From Octopus sinensis (lineage: Eukaryota): a DNA stretch of 64,000 bases. The stretch's first letter is position 1. Each line of letters starts with the position of its first letter. This document shows positions 25,153 to 37,410 of the stretch, piece after piece. A program made the position numbers and the translations under genes. The stretch covers positions 116,126,001-116,190,000 of the forward strand of contig NC_043001.1 in assembly GCF_006345805.1 (NCBI RefSeq). Reading direction: 5' to 3'. The notes under the pieces are model-generated. The model made no database searches. It saw nothing but the letters and a program-made list of their open reading frames with translations, and had not been told where the DNA came from.

Positions 25153-25275
25153 ATAACCACAAGCTCGGCAGTGATGTCTGCGGCGGAAAGTGGTAAACTG
25201 GTTGCTACAGAGCATACACATACTTGCAGCGTCATCTTTAATCCATCGAGGTGCCCGTTTGCCCACATCATCATC
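25153..25275 (-). CDS. FGD: FGD exon, FYVE N-half: [41 protein letters not shown]
   Basis: Acceptor ttatcacag|, donor TAT|gtaagt; WxxD and RRHHCRxCG motifs present. Confidence 0.96.
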
Positions 25276-25442
25276 CTGTGATAAAAATAAGGAAAGGGTA
25301 ACAGATATTACAGTCTTTCTCCTTCATTATTTAAGCCTGCAAGGCAGTGATTCTGAAATGATATATCATGGCATAATGGTGTTCTACAAGGAGTATCTAA
25401 ATGTGCCACAGATTTTAAAAAATATATGTTAAGGCTTTAATG

Positions 25443-25801
25443 CAGGGGTTCTCAATAATTTTTGTTTTACTTATTTATGGACCCCTTTTGACTACTATTC
25501 TATTCTGGTGGACCACCTTAGCCATTTGATGCTTAAAAACTAGTTTTACAGATGCTTCTGTCAAAATTCCTATTTTGTTAATCATGCATTCACTTTCGTA
25601 AGTTGAACAATGTAAAATGTCAGAGGAAGAAACCTCGCTGCTTCTTGCAATAAATATATCTAAATTAAAATTACTCCATGGATTCTTAATGAACAACTGT
25701 GAATCCCCAATTTACTATTTTGCTTGCGTTGACCCACTAAAGTCTTATATGGACACACACACCCCTCCTGGGGTCGTTTGGACCATGATTGAGAAATACT
25801 G
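25443..25801. mobile_element. hAT (Charlie-like) MITE
   Basis: TIRs caggggttctcaa / ttgagaaatactg; TSD ctttaatg/ctctaatg. Confidence 0.82.
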
Positions 25802-25814
25802 CTCTAATGCTTCA

Positions 25815-25975
25815 GCATCATGGAGGGAACCAGTGGTAGTAGACCCAGAAGGCTATGGGATGAGGTGGTGAAGTATGATCTTCAAACTTTGGGCCTCACA
25901 GAGGCAATGACTAGTAACTGAAACCTTTGGCAATATGCTGTGCTTGAGAGGACCCGTCAAGCCAAGTGTAATCGT
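25815..25975 (+). mobile_element. RTE ORF C-terminal fragment
   Basis: Translates GSRPRRLWDEVVKYDLQTLGLTEAM...LWQYAVLERTRQ. Confidence 0.8.
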
Positions 25976-26912
25976 CATTGTTGCCTTCAGTAGGGTAAGG
26001 TGTAGCCTACTGAGCCAAGACAGGCATATTACAGGTAAGGTATAGTCAATTAACTCAGCACATGTATATTGCTGGTACTCCAACTTAGCCAGAGGTAAGA
26101 GAGGTAAAGTCAACCCCTACAATATTTTACTTCTGAAAAGGTATTTAGGGTAAATTTTAAGGAAATTCAAAATTGTTGAGGAGTTTAGAATCTAATGCTT
26201 CAGCCCTTGACATTCATCTGAGCTATAGACTCAGATTCACAAGCTATTTTGCCAACTTGCTCTTTCTATCAGGTATTTCTAGGTTTAACCCCACTGTGCA
26301 GTATTTTGGGCAGGTGTCTTCAACCAGAGCTTTAAATCAACCCAAACCTTGTGTGTGAAATTTGGTTGATAGAAAGTATATGGAAGACTGTTACAAAGTA
26401 TGTCACTTCTCTTGGGTGGTTGACTTATCTCGCTTTTGGCTCAACACTACCTCTTGGCCCTCAAGTGCCTTTAGCAAAGTCAACACTGTTGCAAGTGTTT
26501 GAATCAAGTCTCCATACTGAAAATAATCTCCCTTCTTTCTCTCATCCACTCACAAGTCTTGAGGACCCTCAAACAAGTCATGGGTTTCACCTTCCTATTC
26601 CAAATAAATCATGGGAAAAGAATAAGCATAAGGTATTTTGGATAAACTCCAGAGTCCAAAGAAACTAGCAGCAGTGTACATTGGCAATAATTAATCTACA
26701 GCAGAATTCCAAGAAATATTTGATAAGCTCAATTGCTGTAGGGAGGAATGAAAACTAACATTTTTGGGACCTTGCCTTTCTTCTGAGCTACTTAGATTCT
26801 TTAATCCTTCTATGATTTACCAACTTCCTACGTTTTTTCTTGTGTATAATATTAAATATGTTGCTGGTTTCTAAAAATTACAGTAATAAAAAGTTTTTAA
26901 AAATCGACTTAC

Positions 26913-26999
26913 CTCTTCAATGTACATTTTCTGCGCTTGCTCTATGGTTCGCATAGATTGTTTGCGATTATTAAAGTCATCTATTGTCAATTTTATATA
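26913..26999 (-). CDS. FGD: FGD exon: YIKLTIDDFNNRKQSMRTIEQAQKMYIEE
   Basis: Acceptor ttgcttctag|, donor GAG|gtaagt; 87 nt, phase 0-0. Confidence 0.87.
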
Positions 27000-27049
27000 C
27001 TAGAAGCAAAATAAAAAATATATATATATTTATATAATCGAACTCATAG

Positions 27050-27460
27050 TTGCATGGAAAAGCAGACGTTAAATGGTAATTTTCACTGGGCTGGCACACA
27101 GGAAGGCTGTACCAGGATCCAGTCTGATTTGGCTTTGGTCTTCTATGGCTGGATACCCTTCCTAATGCCAACCACTCTGAGAGTGTAACGGGTGCTTTTA
27201 TGTGCCATCGGCATGTGTGCCATTTGCATGACACCGGTATCTGCCATGATTATGATTTTGCTCGGCTTGATGGGTCTTCTTCTCAAGCATGACATAATGC
27301 CAAAGGTCTTGGTCATTACCTCTGTGAGACCCAACACTCAAAAGGAGCTTGGCCACATTGGCTCCATGAGGCCCAACACTTGAAAGGAACTCAGCCACCT
27401 CACCTCCATGAGGCCCAACACTTGGAAGGAATTCAGCCACTTTGCCTCCATGAGGCCCTG
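27050..27460 (-). mobile_element. Family R copy with ORF end and a 42-bp minisatellite
   Basis: ccaacact at 27331, 27373, 27415; LGLTE...DLWHYVMLEKKT remnant joined to the 3'UTR. Confidence 0.8.
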
Positions 27461-28414
27461 AATTTAAAAAAAAAATTAAAGTCTGTCTCAAGCCTGCAGG
27501 ATCAGGCAGGAGCTTATTTCAGTTTCTAAAGCAACTGAAAGGGACACCAAACCATTTCAGTTATTGCTGGTACTTATTTTCAGCTGAGTGGACTGAGGCA
27601 ACAGGAAATGAAATGCCAGACATTATCCACAAAGCATTGGTCAACATTGATGTTACGATAGAAGACACTTTCCCAGTGTTCCATGCAACGGGATTGAACT
27701 TGAAGCCACCTGGTTGTGAAATCAATTTCTTATCCACACGACCATGCCAGCACCTTGCTGTCAAGATAAAGAATGAATAATTCAATACAATGTGAATAAA
27801 TAAGCATCACATCTGACAGAATAATCTGAAAGCTAAAGAGTTAAACCAATTGCCATAAAGAGAGCAGTTCCAGTGATAGGAAAATGGTTAACAATAGTAG
27901 CTCATCTCAACATGATTAAAATACAAATGTAAAGTTCTTTCCCAAGCAATGTAGACTCATGGGGGCAGTTTCCCAGTTTCCATGGTGTATATATTCTCCC
28001 CCTAGATGGGATGCCAGTCCGTCTAAGGATTACTTATTTTTGCCAGCTGAGTGAAGTGAAGCAACATTAAATGAAGTGTTTTGCTCAAGAACACAATGTG
28101 TCAGCCAGTCCAGGAATCGAAACCACAATCTTACGATCATGAGTCCAACACTCTTACTACTAAGCCATGCACCTCCATGCTTCGACATGATAAGGGTATC
28201 AAAATTAAAGGACAACATGAAATGATGAGGCAATATATAAAGTACGTTCATAGAAACTGATTGCTTACTGTGGGAGAAACCACCACTGCATATGTTGCAT
28301 TGAATGTTGAAGATCTTGGCAAGACACCTATTGCTGATGGTGTTTGGCCCTGATCAAGCAGGCTAACAGTCACTGGCAATTCAGCTACGACCATCTTAAT
28401 TATTTGTTTATCTG

Positions 28415-28672
28415 TGCAGGTGGCACATAAAAAGCACCATTTGAGCGTGGCCATTGCCAGTACCGCCTGACTGGCCCTCGTTCCGATGGCACGTAAAAGC
28501 ACCCACTGCATTCTCAGAGTGGTTGGCGTTAGGAAGGGCATCCAGCTGTAGAAACTCTGCCAGATCAGATTGGAGTCTGGTGCAGCCATCTGGTTCACCA
28601 GACCTCAGTCAAATCGTCCAACCCATGCTAGCATGGAAAGTGAACATTAAACGATAATGATGATGATGATGA
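28415..28672 (+). mobile_element. Family R copy
   Basis: Conserved block and (gat)n tail. Confidence 0.85.
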
Positions 28673-28989
28673 CTACATTATGCCATGTATCTTCCATTTT
28701 CCAAAGAAGACAAGGTGTGATTTAAGTGGTATTTTGTTGCTATATTTAGCAAGACAGTTAATTCTGCTTGGTTAAGGGCATCAAGTCTATTTTAAAAAAC
28801 ATTTCAGTTTCACATCTGTTTTCCTATGGTAGAATAGCTTATATCAGTAGTACTAAAACAGTGCACCACAAGAGGTATCTAAGTGCACTGCAGGTTTTAA
28901 AGATTACATTATACAAGGCTTTAGAAAATTCATACTAATGGTTAAGTATTTTGCAAAACAAGTTATTTATAATTTTGTTATAAATAAAT

Positions 28990-29405
28990 AGGCAAGGCTG
29001 CGTGATAAGGAACTTGCTTCCCAACCACATGGTTCCGGGTTCAGTCCCACTGTGTGACACACTGGGTAAGTGTCTTCAACTATAGCCTCAGGCTGAGTTG
29101 ATTTGGTAGATGGAAACTGAAAGAAGCCCATTGTGTGTATATATGTGTGTGTAAGTGTGTATGTGAGTGTGTGTGTGTCTTTGTGTCTGTGTTTGTGTAC
29201 CCCCATTCCTTCCCCCATAATCACATGACAACCAGTATTAGTGTGTTTGAATGTCCACAACTTAGCGGTTTGACAAAGAGACCAATAGAATAAGTACTAG
29301 GGTTTAAAAATAAGTCCTGGGGTTGATTTGTACAACTAAAACCTTTCAAGGTGATGCTCCAGCATGGCCACAGTCAAATGACTGAAACAAGTAAAAGAAT
29401 AAAAG
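28990..29405 (+). mobile_element. SINE family B (older)
   Basis: Diverged full-length copy next to the micro-exon. Confidence 0.8.
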
Positions 29406-29469
29406 TATGACTAATAAGACAAGGTAACTAACAGCTTTTGCGATAATGATGAAATGGTAATATACTCAC

Positions 29470-29503
29470 ACAGAACCAACAGTTCGGATCATCTATATGA
29501 CCA
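29470..29503 (-). CDS. FGD: FGD 34-nt micro-exon, PH1 C-terminal helix: (D)GHIDDPNCWFC
   Basis: Acceptor tttccttccag|, donor TGT|gtgagt; phase 2-0 exactly bridges the flanking exons and supplies the invariant PH tryptophan. Confidence 0.78.
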
Positions 29504-29929
29504 CTGGAAGGAAATAGAAAACATCTTTTGTATTAGTACAGAGATAACATAACATTTTCATGTAATTTCATACACACTCAAATCCATATATACATACATA
29601 CACTATATATGTGTGTATATATATGTATATATAGTATAGGTAGTTAGAGTAAATCTCAGCTGTTTCCTCTTGAAGTATGTCTAACACATAAAACTTTGTA
29701 ATTCCTATTAGCAAATGAAACATCTGTAATGGTGAATGAATACCAAAAATTTCCAATTTCTTTTGTTACATCAGCCAAAATTGCGAGGATAATCTAGTAC
29801 TTGACTGAGGATAGAGGGTTTCGAATGACTTGTCCTTGTTTTCTTTGTATCGTCTATCTGGATGTTTTGTTGTCCCCTTTTGTATCATTTAGCTGTCCAG
29901 ATGTTTTGTGTTCTTGTCCCGCCAGCTCT

Positions 29930-30138
29930 GTCTGGCGCCTGTGCAGGTGGCACGTAAAAAACACCTACTACACTCGCGGAGTGGTTGGCGTTAGGAAGGG
30001 CATCCAGCCGTAGAAACACTGCCAGATCTGACTGGGCCTGACGAAGCCTTCCAGCTTCACAGACCCCAGTTGACCCGTCCAACCCATGCTAGCATGGAAA
30101 GCGGACGCTAAATGATGATGATGATGATGATGATGATG
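29930..30138 (+). mobile_element. Family R copy
   Basis: Conserved block and (gat)n tail. Confidence 0.85.
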
Positions 30139-30254
30139 TACATATATACACACAAAAGTATTTATAATCCATATATACATACATAACCTACATATGTAAA
30201 TGATCAACATCATCATCATCATCATCATCGTTTAACGTCCGTACATATGTATAT

Positions 30255-30440
30255 ATTTCTTTACTGCCCACAAGGGGCTAAACACAGAGGGGACAAACAA
30301 GGACAGACAAAGGGATTAAGTCGATTACATTGACCCCAGTGCGTAACTGGTACTTAATTTATCGACCCTGAAAGGATGAAAGGCAAAGTCGACCTCGGCG
30401 GAATTTGAACTTGGAACGTAACGACAGACGAAATACGGCC
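30255..30440 (-). mobile_element. SINE family C
   Basis: Consensus match; flanked by the direct repeat tacatatgtat. Confidence 0.83.
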
Positions 30441-30730
30441 ACACATTTGGTCTACATATGTATGCATACATACATACATGCATACTCTATACCTATATAT
30501 ATATAACTTATACATATATCATCCACTTTCCCATGTTTGCCTGGGTCAGAAAGAATTTGTCGAGGTAGATACCTTTCATGTTGCTTACTCTCACTTGTTT
30601 CTAAGCAAAGTAATGCTTCCCCATGGCTGTATGTGTGTGTGTGTGTATACACTTACATCCCCACAAAAATATAAAAAAGATGCAGCAAAGAACCACATGC
30701 TGTTAAGCATTATATATATATATATATATA

Positions 30731-31019
30731 TCACCGTGACCGACCAGACTATCAGATGTTGCTACACATCGCTGGTCACAATGCACTTTGCATTGTTTTA
30801 GCCTTCGAATGACGCCACCCCGCTGACTAAGCGAGCAGGCCAACAGAAGAAAGAGTGGTGAAAGAGTACAGCAGGGATCACCAGCATCCCCTGCTGGAGC
30901 CTCGTGGAGCTTTTTAGGTGTTTTCGCTCAATAAACACTCACAACGCCCGGTCTGGGAATCGAAACCGTGATCCTACGACCGCGAGCCCGCTGCCCTAAC
31001 CACTGGGCCATTGCGCCTC

Positions 31020-31021
<2 letters not shown>
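30731..31021 (-). mobile_element. tRNA-SINE family D inside a microsatellite
   Basis: tRNA-like head GGAGGCGCAATGGCCCAGTGGTTAGGGCAGCGG...GGTTTCGATTCCC with A and B boxes; body is not tRNA-like. Confidence 0.88.
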
Positions 31022-31115
<94 letters not shown>

Positions 31116-31258
31116 TATCCACATACACACACACACATGTCTATATATGCAAACACATGCTCACACAAACACACACTTATATATGCAGACACGTTCATGT
31201 GCACATACACACACACATACACACACACACACACGAGATATGTAGACTGGATACGTAC

Positions 31259-31329
31259 TCATTTAGTAACTCGATAGTCTTCTCGGTGCTCTGCACGTAA
31301 AACGCATTCGGGAGGTCAGCTTGGTTCAC
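31259..31329 (-). CDS. FGD: FGD exon, PH1: VNQADLPNAFYVQSTEKTIELLN
   Basis: Acceptor aatttctag|, donor GA|gtacgt; 71 nt; matches the PH pattern PN.F.V....K.IEL. Confidence 0.85.
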
Positions 31330-31843
31330 CTAGAAATTACACAAATACAGTTATAAAAATAAGGACTAAAAATAACAACATAGCAGCGAAATAAAACAGA
31401 AACTCTAATTTAGGACTATCTTAGTTGTGGTGGTGGTGGTGGTGGTGGTGGAGGGCCATGTGTAATGAAGACAGAGAGAGAGATGTGTGATATGTTGATG
31501 GCTGCATAGAGGTGTCCTGTCTGGTAGAGCAGCAGAGAGACAGGGATAAAAGAGACAGTGTGCTGGTAGTAGTGGCAGTGGTGCTGGTGGTGGTGGTGGC
31601 AGTGGTGGTGGTGTGTGAAATGGATTGTATGCGACTGACTACCTAGGAACAAAACCTGTCCCCAGCGGAAGGAAGTGGACACAAGTCCAAAGAAACAGGA
31701 TCAGAGTGTGTAACAGTGTGGTGTGACTGAAGCTGTTGATGATGACGATGGTTAATGTTCTAATCCTGACCATCTTGTTTGTTTTTCTTTTCTTTTGTTT
31801 GTTTGTTTTTTTGTCCTGCTAGTATAGTATAACTAGGAAAACC

Positions 31844-31901
<58 letters not shown>

Positions 31902-33056
31902 GTCGTCGTCATCGTCATCTCTAATATGTCTTCCAATCTTTTAGGATGGTGGAATATGATACAAGGCAGGTTTGGTTACAATTTCTAACAGATATAATAA
32001 TTGTGTAAAAGCTCTTTGAATTCTTGATGTCATTGTTGCTGATTGTGATGATGGTGATGGTGTTGGTGTTGTTTAACTCCAGGTCATCCCCAGGGTTAAA
32101 TATAGCTTTCAATAAAGTATCCCAGCCATCATCAGCCTGTCTCTTCCCAACCCAAGCACACGTCATGTCCAGAACTATATTATCCAATCTTTTAAAAGCC
32201 CATGTGGTGCCACGTAAAAATGTCCATGCAGCATCATATAAAAGTGCCTGAGCAGTGCCATGTAAATGCATTTGTGTCACTACGTAAAAGCACCTGCGCC
32301 ATGCCATGTAAAAGTACTCGCATGGTGTTGCATAAAGGTACCTGTGCAGTGCCACATAAAAAACACCCAGCACCTTCTGTAAAGTGGTTTGTGTTAGGAA
32401 GGGCATCCAGCTGTAGAAACCATACCAGATCAGATTGAAGTCTGGTGCAGCTTCCCAGCTTGCCAGCTCTGGTCAAACTGTCCAACCCATGCCAGCATGG
32501 ACAATGGACGTTAAAGGATGATGATGATGATGGTGGCAGTGGTCCTTTTCCTAAATGCTACATTTGCAAGATTTGGCTGCTATTTTTGGCTGGTTGAACT
32601 ACTACATAAAAGCCCCTTTGTTAGTAGTAGTAGTATGTGATGGTGATCACTATAAGTAGGGTGCAACAGTTTTGACTATTATAGTAACGAAGTGGTTAAT
32701 GATAGATGAGAGGCGTAATAGAACGGACTATTATAGCAGATGTGATGGTAATAAGGGTAGTGGTGCTTACAGTGAGAAGTTCAATGGTGTTATATGTGAT
32801 GACTGTGGTGGTAAATATAACAGTAGAAGCAGAAAATGATAGCAACCATGATGGTATTGCAAACTGAGGATGCACTAGGAATGCAGTAGGATCACATCAT
32901 CAGAATTATGGAGAAGGAAAACTCTGTATGTAATTGATGAACAGGATTAGTTAATAGTTAGAGCATCCATGAAGTGAATTAGTAGTCAGTTTGTTACATA
33001 GGTGACATGATCGGTTGTGGAGGTGGGTATTCTAATAGCACAGAAGCCAGAATTGA

Positions 33057-33279
33057 GCCTTTAGCATTTAAACTGGTCATATCTGGTCCAAATATTCTAC
33101 CTGTTTATTTTCAAACAGGCCAGATCCAGCCTCTCACACCTACCTGACAATGTCATTCTAAAACATAAAATAATCACATCATCAAGAGCTTGAAGCTAAG
33201 AGATAATGACTAAATAGTTTAAAATAACATGATTAAATAAGCATTACATTTGGCCAGAGTAATTTGAATGCTTAAAGGT
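33057..33279. mobile_element. piggyBac-like MITE (second copy)
   Basis: cctttagcatt...aatgcttaaagg ends; homologous to 13130-13339. Confidence 0.6.
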
Positions 33280-34242
33280 GAAGTAGGGATGGAAAAAGTT
33301 CAGGGAGTTGTTACAACTGTTGGCAACAAAGGGATTTTCTCCCCAGGGTAAGTCCAGGTTGTATGATGCTTTTGTGCCCAGTGTTATGCTACATGGTTGC
33401 AGAGCATGAGTACTGAATGAGAAGGATGTGTAAAAGCTAGAATGAAATGATGGAAAATTAATGCTAGGGTGTATAAAAGATGGAACACAAATAAACAAAG
33501 AGAAAAATTGGATACTGGAGGAAACAGGCGTAGTGTACAAGTGAGTAGATTGTGCTGTATGAATATGTCATGCATATGGAAGATGAGGGTTAGAAAAAGA
33601 AAAGTAAAGTAATCTGAGTGGAAGAAACTTGCAGAAACCCCAAAGAATCCCTCTCAACACATGGCTATGATGCTCCCCCACTACTTCTGCTTGTGATCAG
33701 AGATGCACATATCGTCAGCCACTAAGGGACATAATCAACTCATTAAGGTCAAACAACTGACAAGCAAATCTGTGGTATAGAGCAGAATATTCATTTTCTA
33801 GTTTAACATATAAGAAGTGGTAAAAGGTGATCTTATGAAGCTCAGCTTCACCAAGGAGATGACAAGGGACTGCAATAGATGCTGTGAAGTTGTGCTGGCC
33901 TGATTCTTTATCAGTTATGACAATGAGTGTCCCAGTTGATTCAATCAATGGAACAACCTGCTCATGAAATTAACATGCACGTGGCTGAGTAATCCACAGA
34001 CACATGTACTCTCAATATAGTTCTCAGTGTGACACACTGAATGTGAAGAGGCTGGCCCAATGAACAACAAGTGTTACTCATTTTTGCCGGCTGAGTTGAC
34101 TGGAGCAACATGAAATAAAGTGTCTTGCTCAAGAACACATGCCACCAGGAATCAAAGTCATGACCTCATAACCGTGAGCCAGATACCCTAGCCTCTAAGC
34201 CCTGTGCCTTCACTGAAGCTGTGCTGAAGAAACCCCCTAAAC

Positions 34243-34913
34243 CAAGGGCTCTCGACCATTTTTTTTTATCTACAAGCCCCTTTGATTACTATTCTATTCT
34301 GGTGACCCCCATAGCCATTTGATGTTTAAAAACTAGTTTTATAGAAACTTCTTTTAAAATTCCTATTTTGTTTTACACACATTAACTTGTGTAAGTTGAA
34401 CAATGTAAAATGCTAGAGAAAGAAACCTAGCTGTTTCTTCCAGTACCACATTGACTGGCCTCCGTGCTGGTGGCACGTAACAAACACCATCCGATCGTGG
34501 CCGTGCCAGCCTTGCCTGGCCTCCGTGCCGGTGGCATGTAAAAAACACCATCCGAGTGTGGCCGTTCGCCAGCCTCGTCTGGCACCTGTGTCGGTGGCAC
34601 ATAAAATCACCCACTACACTCTCGAAGTGGTTGGCGTTAGGAAGGGCATCCAGCTGTAGAAACACTGCCAGATCTGACTGGCCTGGTGCAGCCTTCGGGC
34701 TTCCCAGACCCCAGTTGAACCGTCCAACCCATGCTAGCATGGAAAGCGGACATTAAACGATGATGATGATGATGACATACATCTAAACCAAATTTTTTCA
34801 GGGGCTCCTTAAAATACTGCTGTGGATCCCCAATTTACTATTTTGTTAGGTGGACCCCTAAAAGTTTTATATGACCCCTCAGGTGCCATATAGACCCTAG
34901 TTGAGAACCACTG
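34243..34913. mobile_element. hAT MITE with a nested family R insertion (about 34441-34776)
   Basis: Perfect 8-bp TSD ccctaaac at 34235-34242 and 34914-34921. Confidence 0.88.
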
Positions 34914-35189
34914 CCCTAAACCATGTATACATGAAAAAATGGACATACAATGATAATGATTATGCTCTTGTTTAATTCCAGCTCAATCTTGATTCACTTG
35001 ACCAGTGATCAAAAGCATTCTAACCTTGACCATCCCATCTTTTTGGGTGAGGATAGCAATAAAGATGAGTTATAATAGTGAGAGGGCATGAGTGATTATA
35101 CACACACACGTGTGTGTGTTTGTGTGTGTCTGTGTTTCATTGATAAATCAAAAATTTAACTAGTAAGACAGTAAAAACATAAGACCAAC

Positions 35190-35273
35190 CTGCATCCCAT
35201 CAATAGTCATACTAGCTCTTATCTTGTAGGTACCAAGGAGAGGTTCACTACACACCAACATCAAGTCATTAAA
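35190..35273 (-). CDS. FGD: FGD exon, PH1: FNDLMLVCSEPLLGTYKIRASMTIDGMQ
   Basis: Acceptor ttattgcag|, donor CAG|gttggt; 84 nt; continues the YIFL|FND motif. Confidence 0.92.
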
Positions 35274-35709
35274 CTGCAATAAGAAAACACATGAGTTATA
35301 TATAATAGAATGACAACAGAACAATCATACAAATGACTTTTAAAACTGATTCTATTAATTTAAGGGACAAACACTTCACTTTATCCTGTTGACCTTTTCT
35401 TTGCATTGAACCAATGAAGGAAAATTCAAATTTTACATGGTTGTTTGACTTACTGGTGCTGCGTAAAAGCACTCAGTACATTCTGTAAAGTGGTTGGTAT
35501 TAGGAAGGGCATCCAGCAGTAGAAACCATACCAAAACAGATATGGAACCCGGGCACCTCTTCAGTTGGCCAGCGCCTGTCAAACTGTCCAACCCATACCA
35601 GCGTGGAGAACAGATGTTAAGTGCTGACGATGATGATGTTAGGGATCTCCCAATTTGCCTCACTGTTATCATTCTCCGCAACTTCATTGTTATGATTTTC
35701 TGTAGTACA

Positions 35710-36202
35710 GGTCAGCCTGTATTGACATGCATAAGATCTGGTCATCAAATCTAAGTAGAGACTTCAAACTTGAAATCTTCAAAGCCACAGTCGAACCAAT
35801 TCTACTATATGGCTCAGAAACCTGGACGTTATCAAAGAAGCTTGAGAGGTGGTTGGATGGAACCTACACTCGCCTCCTTATGAGAGCTCAAAATCTCTCG
35901 TGGAAGTGCCATCCAACCAAAATGCAAATATATGGGAAACTACCACCTGTGTCATCTCTTGTGAAAGGTAGGAGAGTCCAGTTTGCTGGACATTGTTGTA
36001 GAGCTGAAAAAGAAGTAATTTCTCCTCTTCTCCTCTAGAAGCCATCTACTCACAATACCAGAGGGCACACACTCTCCTACCCTGATGTAATCTCCAGGGA
36101 TACAGGCATCCAGCAACAGGACCTCCGTAATGCCATGATGGACCGTGAAGTCTGGCGTAGCATGGTAAATTCTATTGTCTCAACCACGGTCGAACAATGA
36201 TG
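35710..36202 (+). mobile_element. RTEX-type LINE, 5'-truncated, with TSD
   Basis: FKATVEPILLYGSETWTL...RRVQFAGHC, one internal stop, (tga)n tail; 18-bp direct repeat atgattttctgtagtaca at 35692-35709 and 36203-36220. Confidence 0.9.
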
Positions 36203-36774
36203 ATGATTTTCTGTAGTACATGTATGTAGTCATGTATTTTCTCACATACAATAACAGTTTGTCTGTATAACATTATTGAAATGGTATTCCACTTTGACCT
36301 GCCTCCCTTCAACATACTCAGGTGTTTATTTGCATCAACTCTTTCAGCTGTTGCGGGCACCATTCCCCATGTACATGTGACATATTCATTTTCTAGTTTA
36401 ACACATAGCCCTTGTATACCTTGAGATGAACCTACTCTGACACAAGTATTAAGGTCAGGTAAGGGTTCCAGTGTGAGGATAGCTCTCTCTCTTCCTCTCA
36501 CCACTCTCAGAAACCTTGTAAAGGAAAAAGGACACTGCCTTTGCCCTTTCTCCCCTGGCTAAATCAAGTATAAAAAGAGAGAGAGAAATAAGGTATCTAA
36601 GAAAAACCTGGTCTTCATTTCAAGAGGCAAATAAGTAAAAAGAAAAAAAAACACTTCAGCTTTGATCACTTCCTCATTATCAACAAACTCATGTGTGACT
36701 CACATCCCAATTAGATTACTGCTCCTGTATGTGGGGCAGTAGTACTACTAGCATTCCAGATTAAGTTTACTTAC

Positions 36775-36921
36775 CAAGAATATGTACCGTTCCTGTTTCT
36801 CTCCACTCCGTGCCGAGATCTTGATTACACGTCCTTCTCGAACAAGTTCTCGTGTCGGACTAATTAAGTCAACTGTCTGGCCAAGACGTTGATGAATTTC
36901 TAACAGTTTTCTGAATTTCTC
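36775..36921 (-). CDS. FGD: FGD exon, PH1 start: EKFRKLLEIHQRLGQTVDLISPTRELVREGRVIKISARSGEKQERYIFL
   Basis: Acceptor ttaaactag|, donor TTG|gtaagt; 147 nt. Confidence 0.95.
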
Positions 36922-37004
36922 CTAGTTTAAGTAAGCGGAAAAGAGAATTAGGAATTTAACCTATTTGAAAACCAGACTATGTTTAAGATGGCTATATATA
37001 AAAT

Positions 37005-37355
37005 GATACATACATACATAACATTACATACATACATACATACATACATACAAACATGCATACATACAAACATGCATACATACAAACATGCATACATACA
37101 TACATACTACATACATACATACATGCATACATGCATACATACATACATACATACATACATACATACATACATACATACATACATACATACATACATACAT
37201 GCATACATGCATGCATACATACATACATGCATACATACATGCATACATACATGCATACATACATGCATGCATACATACATGCATACATACATGCATACAA
37301 ACATACATACACACATACACACACACATGCATACATACATACATACATACATACA

Positions 37356-37387
<32 letters not shown>

Positions 37388-37410
37388 CATACATATATAT
37401 ATATATACAT
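37005..37410. repeat. About 400-bp (ACAT)n/(GCAT)n tetranucleotide microsatellite
   Basis: Read directly; explains the HTYI/MYVC ORFs in the track. Confidence 0.97.

Noticed and set aside
28268-28400. Possible in-frame cassette exon (MVVAELPVT...VVVSPT|gtaagc)
   Set aside because: Purine-rich acceptor, and inclusion would split the PH1 C-terminal helix; no family similarity.
30030-30065. CTGACGA/CTGATGA followed by the AGCC/GGCT hairpin in family R copies
   Set aside because: No GAAA box or helix III, and most copies read cctggtgcagcc instead; not a hammerhead.
30731-31021. tRNA-like sequence with A and B boxes
   Set aside because: SINE head: no complete cloverleaf or acceptor stem, and it continues into a repeat body found in several copies.
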